Below are positions 38,641 to 52,313 of a stretch of 64,000 nucleotides of DNA, piece by piece. The first letter of the stretch is position 1, and each line of letters begins with the position of its first letter. A model generated the notes under the pieces. That model worked only from the letters and a program-made list of their open reading frames with translations. It ran no database searches and was not told where the DNA came from. Origin of the DNA: Eledone cirrhosa (Eukaryota); assembly GCA_964016885.1 (NCBI GenBank), contig OZ024744.1, positions 60,512,001-60,576,000 on the forward strand, given 5' to 3'. Position numbers and translations under genes: made by a program.

Positions 38641-40006
38641 AGGCTTTTTTAGAGACAGCCTTTATTCGCTTTGATGTAGCTATAAGTTTTCTTGAGAGTT
38701 ATCAGTGTTACCCATTGCTCCATCTCCCTTGGTAGCTTACTGCTGTTTGGTCCGGGGTTGCTTATTCGTCTGGTAGGCACTCACTCACATTGCAATTACC
38801 TATCATATACAGTGTATTTGAAACAATAAAGTTGAAGTGGTTAGGGGTCTTGGTATCATGATTTAAGATCATAGGTTCAATTCCTGGTAGCATATGTTCT
38901 TGAGCAATACACTTCATTTCACTTTGCTTCAGTGCTCTCAGCTGAAAAGGGATACCAATTGCTGGGAGTTAACTCTGTGATGGACTGGTGTCCTGTCCAG
39001 TGGGGAGGGTTTTGTATTCTCAATCACTGAACACCTATGAAACCAGGACAAGCTCCAGCCTGATAAGCCTCAATGCTTGGAACAGAACAGGAGAGTTCCT
39101 AAATCCATCATCAATGTTGCTAGACTTTCACAGTCTCATCTTCAGAGTGAAGTGATGTTGATTGTAGGTCTGCTAAACAAGTCAGTTGATAGATGTGCTG
39201 TCTGCTCTTTCTGACTGGCTGGGTTTGTGCCACTTCTACTTATGCCTACTTGTCTCTCTTACTTTTACCACACAAACTGTAACCACATACATTCTTGGAT
39301 CCTCAAATGAAATTTACAGTTAGATTTCTTGGGTGTTTTAATGATAGTGACCCCAGTCCTATCATGAAAAGCAATGTAAAATAAAAATAATGTAAAATAA
39401 AGAACCCAATGCACCACCTAGTCAAGGCTTCAAATTTTAAATCTTGCACCAACCACTGTGCCTGATCCTTTATCCTAGAGATGCCAACCCACTGGAATTT
39501 TCTCCCTGTCAATATTTTTCCCTGCAATCATTCAAGGGACATAGGCATAACCCTTAAAAATATATATATTGATGATTTTATTTAATTTTTTAATATATAT
39601 CATAGTATATTTAAGGAGTTTACTTCATAACCACATGGTTTCAGATTCAGTATTGTTGTATGGCACTTTGGGAAAATGTTTATTACTATATCGTTGGGTT
39701 TATCAATGCCTTGTATGTGAAATTTGGTTAAAGGAAAAACTGTATGGAAGCCCATCATACTTATATGTTTATAAACATATATATATATTAAAATATAAGT
39801 ATTAATAAAATAGATGTTCTTTTGATCAATTACATTTTATTATACATATTTCGGATGTACGACAGTACGTCCTCATGAGACAAAATATAATGATACATGA
39901 CATACCCTGAGATGTTAAATGAAGAATAATTAGTGTATTTACACCCAGTTATACATATATATATATTTATCCTTAACATCCTTCAATATATTATCTTATT
40001 TTTAAC

Positions 40007-40187
40007 GGTGGTTTGGCAGTATCGGTAGAGGGTCGGACGCCATGCTTTCCAGCATAGTTACATCCCTTTACGATCTGAGTTCAAATCCCGCCGAGGTTAA
40101 CTTTGTCTTTCATCCTTACGGGGTCGATAAAATAAAGTACCAGTAATGAACTGGGTAATTGCTGGCCTTGTGCCTAAAGTAGAAACA
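40007..40187 (+). mobile_element. SINE family 1 with 18-bp TSD
   Basis: aatatattatcttatttt at 39985-40002 and 40188-40205. Confidence 0.9.
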
Positions 40188-40860
40188 AATATATTATCTT
40201 ATTTTATTTTTGTCTTTGTCGTTATTGTTTACCTTAAACATACTGGCTCATTAATATATATCTATATACATAATAGTTATTTAAATATTTATAACAATAA
40301 GTACTTCAAAAGCTTTACATACCTAATATGTTCGTATATTTGTTAAAGTTTGAATTTAGGTAAATAATCAACAGTATAATATTTCATTCTTTATGTGCCA
40401 GCTAAATCCTTTAAATGTTACTCTCAAAATTCAGAAGTTTAGAAATGATAGCACACTTATCAAATTTATATAAATAATATATAAATAACCAGCAATAATC
40501 CTGAAATCTGGAGTCTTCACCCTAATATTATAAATTAAATATTTTCAAATCTAACCGTTTAACTTTCGATAAAAAAAAACCACACTTTATCTTTCCCTCT
40601 TTATAAATCTTTTTCCAGTGGCTATCACTGACTGTTATGATTCATGAGACGTTTTTCCTAGATATATCGTAGTATCATACATTTTAAAATCTCTAGAACA
40701 GTTACAGTAAGCAATGTTTTTTATTACTCACACATTCTCTAATGAATTTATTACGTTTTCGCATTTTCCCATAAATAGGATATAAGTAAAATTTTCTATC
40801 GGGTTAATCACTACCTTGATTAAATCTTAACCATTTAACATCTCAATGTATGTCATGTAT

Positions 40861-40920
40861 CATTATATTTTGTCTGATGAGGACGTACTGACGTACATCC
40901 GAAATATGTATAATAAAATG
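40861..40920 (+). ncRNA. Minimal hammerhead-like motif
   Basis: CUGAUGA-GGACGUAC(UGAC)GUACAUCC-GAAA-UAUG-UA; helix I pairs only distally. Confidence 0.55.
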
Positions 40921-41052
40921 TAATTGATCAAAAGAACATCTATTTTATTAATACTTATATTTTAATATTAACTCCTGAAAATTATTTTCCCGTTGAGTGC
41001 TTCCAATCTACTGTAAAACTCATTCTTTGACAGAATATTGTTTAACAATTTA

Positions 41053-41089
<37 letters not shown>

Positions 41090-41275
41090 CATAAATTTAC
41101 TGTTTATTTATGTGATCAATAAATAGAGATTGAAAACACAACTACCTTGAAGTCATTGTTCTATGGCTGCAGTCCAATGACTGGCCAGTAAAAGAATTAA
41201 TGGGTGTGTAAAGGAATTTTTCAAAAATAATTTTACATACTTCTTGTTTATTTTCTTTCTTTTTTTTTCTTCCAG

Positions 41276-41357
41276 GCTCCTCTACTTACTCTTGTCACTG
41301 AAGACAAATTTGCATATCTAACAGAGAAAGGGCGAGTACCAATTCCTATTTTACCAG
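41276..41357 (+). CDS. ETFDH: ETFDH coding exon D
   Basis: ttccag|...|gtttgt; [28 protein letters not shown]. Confidence 0.96.
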
Positions 41358-41454
41358 GTTTGTTCATGGATTTTTCTGTTAACTTATTTATTTCCATATT
41401 TCTAATGAAAGGTACTGTCTATAATATTCAAATCATTTTGAAAATAATCAAGAA

Positions 41455-41907
41455 TCTACTAATATATAATACCCTTGTGTATTTGTCTGTCACACACTAG
41501 AGATGATTGAGGAAGGAAGGGGTGATAACATTGACTGAGGAAGGAAGGTGTGATAACGTTGACTGAGGAAGGAAGGTGTGATAACGTTGACTGGGGAAAG
41601 AAGGGTTGGCAGCGTCTACACCTATGTGTGTCTATATGTATAGCGAATTGGCTACACATAAATAATTACATACACATAATAATTACATACACACACATCT
41701 ATGTGTTGACTGAAGAAGAGGGGCTGAGAAACTATAGAAGTCCAGCGTTCTAAGATTCGCCACACTTTGTGTGTATGTGTAGCGATTTGGCTACACATAC
41801 ACAAAGGAACCAACCAACCAGTCAACAAACAAACAAACATCTCTTTTTTTATATTATGTATACATATTACAATTAGCCGTCATTTTTGACGGCACAGGCC
41901 CAGCTAG
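41455..41907 (+). mobile_element. Non-autonomous Helitron
   Basis: A|TC start; hairpin GCCGTCA-TTTT-TGACGGC (41876-41893); CTAG|T end; internal 28-nt tandem repeat. Confidence 0.8.
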
Positions 41908-43524
41908 TTTGGTAAGATTTATTAAAGTAACTAACTTTCTCATTAAGCTGGTGTTTAGAACATTACTTAAAACTGTGACGTAAAGTTTTGAGATAAATAT
42001 AAGTACTTATTATAGATTCAGCAGTGTTTTCAGACAATTTGATATCAAAAAGGTTGAAGTAATTCAGTTAAAATTAAATGACACAGCAAATTTTTCACCC
42101 AGACATATAATAATGATCTCAGCACCCTTATTTCTTCTTAAATTAAAATTATTTGGAGCTCACTTTTGATCCCTGTCTCTCTGCCACAATCATTGCTTAC
42201 ATGAACTAGATCCATAAAGGTTTTTGGTTTTTTTTTACTCAGTCTAGAAGCAAGGGCAGTGCCCATGACCCTCCAAAACCAGAGAGACTGATGTTTGAAT
42301 TATTGCAAATTAACTCCTTTTGGGGAAAAACATGAACTGGGAGTAAGTTCTTGAGGACTAGGTGTAGTGGTTAATGTGTGGCTTGAGGGTTGGACATGAC
42401 ATGGGTGATGAGATAAAGAGAGACAAGTGGACCAAGAGGAAATTCTAGTAAGATGTTCTGGGCAGAAAATATTTGTGTAGTGGTTGGTGCAGGGACCGAA
42501 TTGGATAGAACATAGGCTTTGAGAAGAGAACAGACTAGTGAATCAGCAGTACTTCAGAGACTAGCCAACTCTGAGGAGCAGACACTACTGTATAACAGCA
42601 AAAATAATAGATGAAGAAAACATCTTTAAGTGACTTTATACCAATTAGCTGAATAAGATAGCTAAATGTCATTTTAATCAACAATCCCAATAAATATAAA
42701 AGTTTTTTTGTTTTTTGTTTTTTTTAAAGCTAGTCTTCCTTTATTCTAAATCCCACTAAAGCACTAGATTAATAAAATGCTTTGCAGTATTTAGTTACAA
42801 CCCTTTATGACTATATTGAAACTGATATATTTTTTAGTCTTTTACTGATTTCAGTCAATAGACATTAGCGATAATGAGTCACTGCCTTACTGGGATTTTA
42901 ATTGATTATATCGATTCCTATTCTATTTTTCTTTCAAATCTAGTACAAATTTTATCAATCTCTTTTTTGACAAACTACTAATTCACAGGACATAAACACT
43001 CACATACATGAATGTGTTTACATTCGGATTTGTGTTCATGTTCCATAACATAAAAGTTTGACAAAAAGAGATCGATAAAATAGGTACCCTTCAAGGCAGT
43101 GCCCTGGCTTAGCCACAGTTTAATGACAGAAACTGGTAAATAAATAAATAAAAAAGTGTGTATAGCTATGTAGAAAAAAAAATGATATTTAAGTCATGTT
43201 AACCTAATTACAAAATTATATTAAAATGTGCTTCATTTTTCCGGGGTTTTTTTCGTATGTGTATGAACTTTATTATTATCATCATTAGTAGTTAACTTTG
43301 CCTTTCATCCTTACGGGGTCGATAAAATAAAGTACCAGTAACACACTGAATAATTGCTGGCCTTGTGCCAAAAGTAGAAATAATTATTATCATTAGTAGT
43401 AGTAATACCTAAATTTGGCTGGGTTTATTAACAATTAACCCTTTTCATACTACTTTATGATACAAGACTGTTCATTCTAAAGTGTTTATATTTATCCAAA
43501 CACCAACTTAATGCTATACAGTAT

Positions 43525-45490
43525 CATCATCATCGTTTAACATCCATTTTCCATGCTAGTATGGGTAGTACGGACCGTCCCTAAGTGAGAGATTAGATCA
43601 GAGGACTGTGTGTTCACTCACGCAGATATGATTCTGGCTTGGTTTTTTACAGCTAGATGCCTTTCCTAACACCAACCACATTTACAGTGCCCGCTTTATA
43701 GTGTAGACTGGGTACTCTAGTTGTGGCTCCTGGATGACCACTTCATGGTGTGGGTTGGGGACTTAGGTGGATGGCTAGAGGAATTAGGGACATAGGTATA
43801 GGGGTGGAATGATTACAGCAAGGAAGGAGTGATGGTTGGGAAGGTGTTGCATACTAGATGTATGCCTCAGCTCGTGCATATGGGAGAGTCGGTTTTCTGT
43901 AATACTTCATAGCACCAGAGATTACAGGCCTGTGTCATTGCCTTAGCGAGGTGTAATAGTGCAAAGTCAGTTTTTATTACTTCATCCAAGTCTTCCTCGG
44001 CCTGCCCACTCCATGGCTACTGTCATCTTTGAGTACTCTCCATCTTTTTATACAGCTGTCTTTCTTCATATGCATCACAAGTCCATACCAACGCAATCTC
44101 CTTTCCCTCACACTGCATTTGATCCCTTGTACCCCTAATTTCTATCGCAATTCATTTGTTTTACTGTTCACATATATTACTATTACACATGAATTATTTT
44201 CATCATCATCATCACTGTTTTATGTCCATTCTTCCACACTAGCATGGGTTAGACAAGATGTCCTGTTGTGGGCAATGCTCATACAGAACTGATTTTTGCT
44301 TGATTTCTACAGTGAGTACTGATACTTTTTATCGTGGTGCCTACACGACCACTTTACAGTGTGGACTGGGTCTTCTGTATTACTGCCAGAGGTCTTGGTC
44401 CTGTGTCATTGCCTTTGTGAAGTGCAATATTAACCAGTAACTGTTTTCTGGTATCTATTGCACAACTTGGGGTGCATTCTGTATTGATAAGTTTTCTAAG
44501 TATATAAAAAATATTAAGGAATAAGTCACCTGGCTTATAACCTTCTCCGTGAAAAGATGTGCTCATTTGTAAAGTTTCAGCTACCTAGATACACGCACAC
44601 GTCATCATCATCATCACTGTTTAATGTCCATTTTTCCATGCTAGCATGGGTTAGACGAGGTTTCCTGTTGTGAGAAATGCCAGGTCAGGTGACCATGCCC
44701 TGCTCATACAGAACTGATTTTGGCTTGGTTTCTACAGCTGGATGCCCTTCTTAACACCAACCACATTTACAGTGAGTACTGGGTGCTTTTTGTTGTGAAA
44801 CCTACACGACCACTTTTCAGTGTGGGCTGAGCATTTTTTGTTGTGTCACCCACACGACTACCTTACTGTGGGGGCTGGGGGCCTTTTGTTGTGTCACCAT
44901 CACAACCACTTTACAGTATGAGGTATGTAGAGTGTTTGGGTGTGGGTGGAGTGTTAGGACATGGGAGGTGCAAGAGGGAGAGGGATATTGATTAAGGGAT
45001 GGGTGTTAGGACATGAACGGGGAGGTAGTGCATACATGATGTATGCTTCAACCCATGCACATGGGAAGGCAGGTCTTCTGTATTACTGCATAATGCCAGA
45101 GATTTCAATCCTGTCATCACCTTTGAGTGGTGCAAGTTCAGTTTTAATCACCTCATCCCAAGTCTTCCATCTTATCCTTCTTCTAGCTATTATTCTCTCA
45201 GAGCACCCTCCTCTGTTACTAATTAAGTCACCCAGATAACAGAAGCTATCAATCACTTCTATGGATCCTTCATGTGATTGGTACTCTTTTTCCTTGATTA
45301 CCCCTGTTCATCTTTTATATACAAGTCTTCTCTTCCTGTTAGTCTACCGTATATACCACTACATCTCTTATGTACCCTAGATATTCATTGCGTACATCAT
45401 ACAGAATTTATGCCTACTCCTTTTCTTCATATTGAGAAGGGCCATTTCCCTGGAGGAATCAGGGTCCTAACTTCTTTCCTACTTACTAGC
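43525..45490 (-). mobile_element. Cluster of three RTE 3' fragments
   Basis: (CAT)n tails near 43525, 44200 and 44603; RT/finger remnant at 45170-45490. Confidence 0.8.
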
Positions 45491-45492
45491 AC

Positions 45493-46953
<1,461 letters not shown>

Positions 46954-47561
46954 TCATTGTTGCTTTACAACTTTTAACACCATTGAGTATGTTGTATGCA
47001 ATGAGATTGAAATCATCGTATATTGATCTAAATCCTTATTATTATTCTTATCTATATACTACTAAAACTCTCTGATTGCTTGTCTGTAATGTAATACAGC
47101 CAAAACGGCGCATAATGAGAAAATTGCCCTGAAATGGGAATATAAATGGAATAAAACAAATTTCACGTAAATCAGGACACGGGTTCCCAAGATATGGGGT
47201 TTTTCCGGGTACCTTGATAAACAGAGAGAGAGAAAGAGATAGTGGTTGTGAGAGAGTTGCTTCAAAGAGAGACAGAGAGAGAGAAGGAAAATCAAAGAGA
47301 GAGTGAACTGGTGGTGTTGTTGAATGAAATTATAACAGGTGACTCAAAGAATCGAATACAACATTACTATAGCTCGAATTTGGTGATTGAATATTAAGTC
47401 AAATGTATCATATAACTTGTGTTAGGACAGGATGTGTGTAGCCAATATTTCCTGCTAAATAGGAAGGTTTTCTAAGTGTGTGTGTGTGTATATATATATA
47501 TGTGTGTGTGTCTGTGACCTGTGTATATAGGACACAGACACCTATATATACATATATATAT

Positions 47562-47796
47562 ATATGAATAAATTTAGTCCTTTATCAGTGATCTTCCAGC
47601 CTTCATTGGTATTTCATCGCTTTAAAGACCATATACCTCTGGTTGGTGCGAGCAACGACTAAAGAAAGTCGCTGGGACTGTCCCAACGATTTTCTTTAGC
47701 CGTTGCTCGCACCAACCAGAGGTATATGGTCTTTAAAGCGATGAAATACCAATGAAGGCTGGAAGATCACTGATGAAGGACTAAATTTATTCATAT
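47562..47796. repeat. 235-nt near-perfect palindrome
   Basis: 117-bp arms, 1-nt centre at 47679, 4 mismatches counted by hand. Confidence 0.95.
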
Positions 47797-47840
47797 GTAA
47801 CCCATTTGCAACCACGCAGCACGCCATGTTTTCATATATT

Positions 47841-47944
<104 letters not shown>

Positions 47945-48111
47945 TGTATATATATGGGCCTTCCAATTTCATTTTACATTATATGCATGTCTGTGTATAT
48001 TTTAATAAGTCAAAAATTATTTTTAAGTGAACATGACCTATCTGATCACGGGTGGTCTAGTTGTTATATATAAATTGGTTAATGTTTTGTTTTTTTCTTG
48101 TATATTCTCAG

Positions 48112-48230
48112 GAATGCCAATGAGAAATCATGGTAACTACATAATCAGACTTGGAAACTTTGTCCGGTGGCTAGGAGAGCAGGCCGAATCATTGGGTGTG
48201 GACGTTTACCCTGGAACAGCTGCTGCAGAG
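48112..48230 (+). CDS. ETFDH: ETFDH coding exon E
   Basis: tctcag|...|gtaaag; [39 protein letters not shown]. Confidence 0.97.
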
Positions 48231-49079
48231 GTAAAGATGAAAAAAAAAAAAAAAAAAATATGCTTGCATGGATTAAGTGAGTCCTCTTCAGTACAGCATC
48301 CCTCCAATTGCGTTCCTTTGTGTGGTTTAGCATCCTGAGATCAGCTTTCACTTCTTCTGTCCAAATCTTTTTTGGCCTACCGCTACCACATCTTCCTTCC
48401 ACTTGAAACTTCCTCTATGTGTGTGTGTGTATGACATTTAATGTGTTTTCATAGTGAGTAAGGTAGCATATGGTAGTGCCCTGATGAAGAGATATCAGTC
48501 TCTCTATGTTTGCACAGGTTTAGTGGGAGAGAAGGAACCAGTGATGTGAATGGGACGAGAAGAGTGTGTTGAGGGTAGAGAGACTAGTTGCATTTTATTC
48601 CACTCACATTCCTACATGAACCAGATGAAACATACATGGGAAGAATAGCAGTGCGGTGTAATGACGTTTTAAGTCACCCCTCTGCTAGTGCCATGATAAA
48701 GAGCATCCAGTTCACCTTGTCAGGTGGTAGTGGTGCTGCCATGATAAAACACACCTAGCACATGCTGTAGAAACCAAGCCAAAAACAGATCATATGAGCA
48801 TGACATGGTCATCTGACTGGTCAAACCCATACCAGCATGGAAAACAGACATAAAACTGGTAATGTGTGTGTCTGTGTGTAAGATGGAGTATTCACAAGTA
48901 AGTGTATGCTGTGTATAAGAGGTGCAATAGAGAAGAGCCTCAGTCAGACTGCTTACAAGGAAATAACATGAGGCAGGGGTAAATAGTGTAGATGTAATAT
49001 TATTAGTCAGGTAGATAGATGGAGTTATTGAAGTAGTTAATGTATGATAAATTTTGAAATTTAGGTTAATTTAGGGCAA

Positions 49080-50100
49080 TACAACTATTATGTCTGCTTA
49101 GGGATCCCAATCGGGATTGATCAATAAGAAAAAAGGCCTCTTGAGGAACTCCTCAATAATGGGTGACAATGACTTCATCATCATTGCTGGTGACTATAAT
49201 GGACATGTTGGGTTGCATTGCGATGGCTATTATAGAGTACATGGTGGCTATTAGTACAGTTTGAAAAATGAAGATGCATCAACACTCCTAGAATTCTGTG
49301 ATGCACATGACCGAACCATTTGCAACATCAACTTTAGGAAACTGACCTGTCACTTGATCACCTAACAATCTGGCTACACACAAGCCAGATCAACTTCATA
49401 CTCATCAGACAACAGAATATACAAAAGTCTTTACTTGAAGAAAAATGTACCACCCTATGTAGTTGTAATATATGGTTAAGACCTAGATGGACTCAGAGAC
49501 ACAAGACAATCTGAAGGTTGATGATATGGAAACTAAAAGATCCCTCAGTTGAATGTAGGTTCAGAGATGCTGTATGTGATGTCTATGAGATATATGACGA
49601 CTGGAGGCTTCTCCAAGAGAACCTGTTGTGTGCTTTTGATGAGGCTGGAGTAAAGTCCTATCCAAACAAAAGGTGACTTGGTCGTAGAATAGTATCATGT
49701 AGCTAGAAGAAAAGCTAGATGGCAGGTTTACATAACACAGAGAAAAGCTGAAGGTTTTCTAATGTTCTTCCTTGAGAGTTCAGAGGCATGAGGTGTTTTG
49801 AGTTGCAAGTAGTGCGCAAATTTGAATCAGAATGTTGTTACCTCAGATGAGATATTTTTTGCATATGGAGAATGTGTGGGGTGAAGTGGGACTACCCTCA
49901 GTAGACCCAACAGAGAGACCAGCTATTGAGGTCGACAGTTGAAGAGGCTATTAAGGGTATAAAGAAAGAAAAAACATCTAGGCCATGTAGGATAATTGCA
50001 GAGATGGTGAAAATATGTAATGAAATCACATTTGAGCTAATCACTAACATACACAGCCAGGTAATACATTATGGTGTCATATTTGATGATTAGTGTAGCA
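49080..50100 (+). mobile_element. Old RTE APE/linker fragment
   Basis: IIAGDYNGHVG, LLEFCDAH, QINFIL; many stops. Confidence 0.65.
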
Positions 50101-50286
50101 CAGTGAAAGCCACTTATAGTCATAGAAAATGATGCTACCAACCAGTGATTGTTATCAAAAAAGGTTTCTTTCCATCCCAATGTGGTCATAATAAGCAGCA
50201 TCTGCTGTATGTATACTACTTCTGAATTTTTTACTACAGCTTCTTCTCATATTGATATTTGTCCATCTATACACACTGTTTTGTAG

Positions 50287-50364
50287 ATCCTATACAATGA
50301 AGATGGCAGTGTGAAAGGCATTGCTACCAATGATGTAGGAATACATAAAGACGGATCACCAAAA
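50287..50364 (+). CDS. ETFDH: ETFDH coding exon F
   Basis: ttgtag|...|gtaaga; [26 protein letters not shown]. Confidence 0.97.
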
Positions 50365-51389
50365 GTAAGACAGTTTTTTGTTTTTTTTCTGTTTGTTTTT
50401 TATACTAAAACTGCTTATAGCATGGTGGTGTGGTATTAAACTAAGCATTGTATCAACATTTCTAATTATGGAAATCAAGCTGTCTTTATTGTGAATCAAA
50501 TATAAGCCATCACTCACAATCCAGGAAGATTTAGCTGCTACATTGAGTAATGTTAAATGACAATATACTAGCTCCACTGTTGACTCATGTAGTCCCTATT
50601 TTAAAGACAGTAAGGAGTTTGACTGCTGTGTTGAGAAAATCATGCAACTGTATAAAAACACCCCCACTATTTGATGTAGCTTCTATTTTAATGACAGTAG
50701 ACAGTTTGTTGAGGAAGGTTTGCTGTAGTAGCTTCCTCACTGGTTTAGGTGGTCTATTTCAAAGAAAGTAGGGAGTTTGTTGAGGGAGATTTAGCTGTTA
50801 CATTGAGTAAGGTAAAGTAACTTCACATTAGCTCCCTCACTGGTTTATGTGGTCCCTATTTTAAAGATAGTGGGGAGTTTTTGAATGGAAATGATTGCTA
50901 AATTGAGCTGGTTATTGTCCTTTTCATACCAAACTACTTGAAACTGTCCCTTGTGATACAAAGCTGTTTATTTTAAAATGATTATCAACCCATTGCCAGC
51001 ATGGAAAAGCAGATATAAAAACGATAATGATGAGGATTATTATTATCTAAAAAAAACATTAACATTCCATTATTATTGAGGACTGGCAGTATCGGTAGAG
51101 AGTCGGACACCATGCTTTGAAGCATAGAGTTACGTCCCTTTATGATCTGAGTTCAAATCCCGCCGAGGTTAACTTTGCCTTTCATCCTTACGGGGTCGAT
51201 AAAATAAAGTACCAGTAATGTACTGGGTAATTGCTGGCCTTGTGCCTAAAATAGAAACAATTATTATTTTATGTAAGAACTTTTGTTAACCCTTTCACTA
51301 CCATCTTCCTAATGTCTCTGTTTCAATTAATTTTGAAAGTAATCAAATATTTAGAGGAATTTAATAGGATAACAAATTCTTTCATTAAT

Positions 51390-51800
51390 AAGCTGACCTT
51401 ACCCAATTACACCTCTCAAAGGCGATGACACATGACCGTGACATCACGTAGTAATACAGAAGACGCAACCCCTCACGGGTACAAGCTGAAGCTGAAGCAT
51501 ATAGACAATATGCCCCCACACCCTCCCACTGCAAAGTGGTCGTGGAGGTGCCACGGCAAAAAAGCACCCAGCCCACACTGTAAAGTGGACGTGTAGGCGC
51601 CACGGAAAAAAGCACCCGGCACTCACTGTAAATGAGGTTGGTGTTAGGAAGGGCATCCAGCTGTAGAAATCAAGCCAGAATCAGTTCCCGTATGAGCAAG
51701 ACAAGGTCAGCCGACCAGACACTGCTCACAACAGGACAACCCGTCTAACCCATGCTAGCGTGGAAGAACGGATGTAAAATGGTGATGATGATGATGATGA
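51390..51800 (+). mobile_element. RTE family A 3' end
   Basis: Closely matches 54930-55330; (GAT)n tail. Confidence 0.88.
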
Positions 51801-52100
51801 ATAAGGTCTTAAGTTAAATCATGATGTCTTCAGTTAAATTATAATGGAATAATTTAATAAAAGTATAAACATTTTAAAAGAAACAGTTTTGTATCATAAA
51901 TCCATGGCAGTTTCAGTACTTTGGTATCAAAAGGGTTAAGTTATGCTTCAAATACCAACTTCGTAATCATAAAATTAGTTATATTGCTAAATCCCTTCAA
52001 ATACTTGATTATTTTCAAAATTAATTTTTAAAATCATAGACAATGTTTTCATTAGAAATATGGTAATTAAACAATTAAAATTGGTTGTTGTTTTCAACAG

Positions 52101-52313
52101 GATTCATTTGAAAGAGGAATGGAACTACATGCCAAAATGACCATATTCTCTGAGGGATGCCATGGACATTTAGCAAAACAGCTGTACAATAGGTTTGATC
52201 TACGAAAGGACTGTGAACCACAAAGTTATGCCATTGGTTTCAAAGAAATTTGGGAAATTAAGGAGGAGCATCACAAACCTGGTAAAATAGAGCACACAAT
52301 TGGGTGGCCTCTT
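52101..52313 (+). CDS. ETFDH: ETFDH coding exon G
   Basis: caacag|...|gtaagt; [28 protein letters not shown]...IEHTIGWPL. Confidence 0.98.

Larger units (their letters stand above)
39785..40968. repeat. About 137-bp inverted repeat pair carrying a hammerhead-like core
   Basis: 39785-39921 versus 40832-40968, near-identical when reverse-complemented. Confidence 0.9.

Noticed and set aside
40007-40095. tRNA gene
   Set aside because: A and B boxes belong to multi-copy SINEs with TSDs; no cloverleaf.
41506-41740. CUGAGGA/CUGAAGA hammerhead cores
   Set aside because: Part of a 28-nt tandem repeat; no pairing helices.
48481-48510. ctgatga plus hairpin
   Set aside because: No GAAA or cleavage triplet follows.
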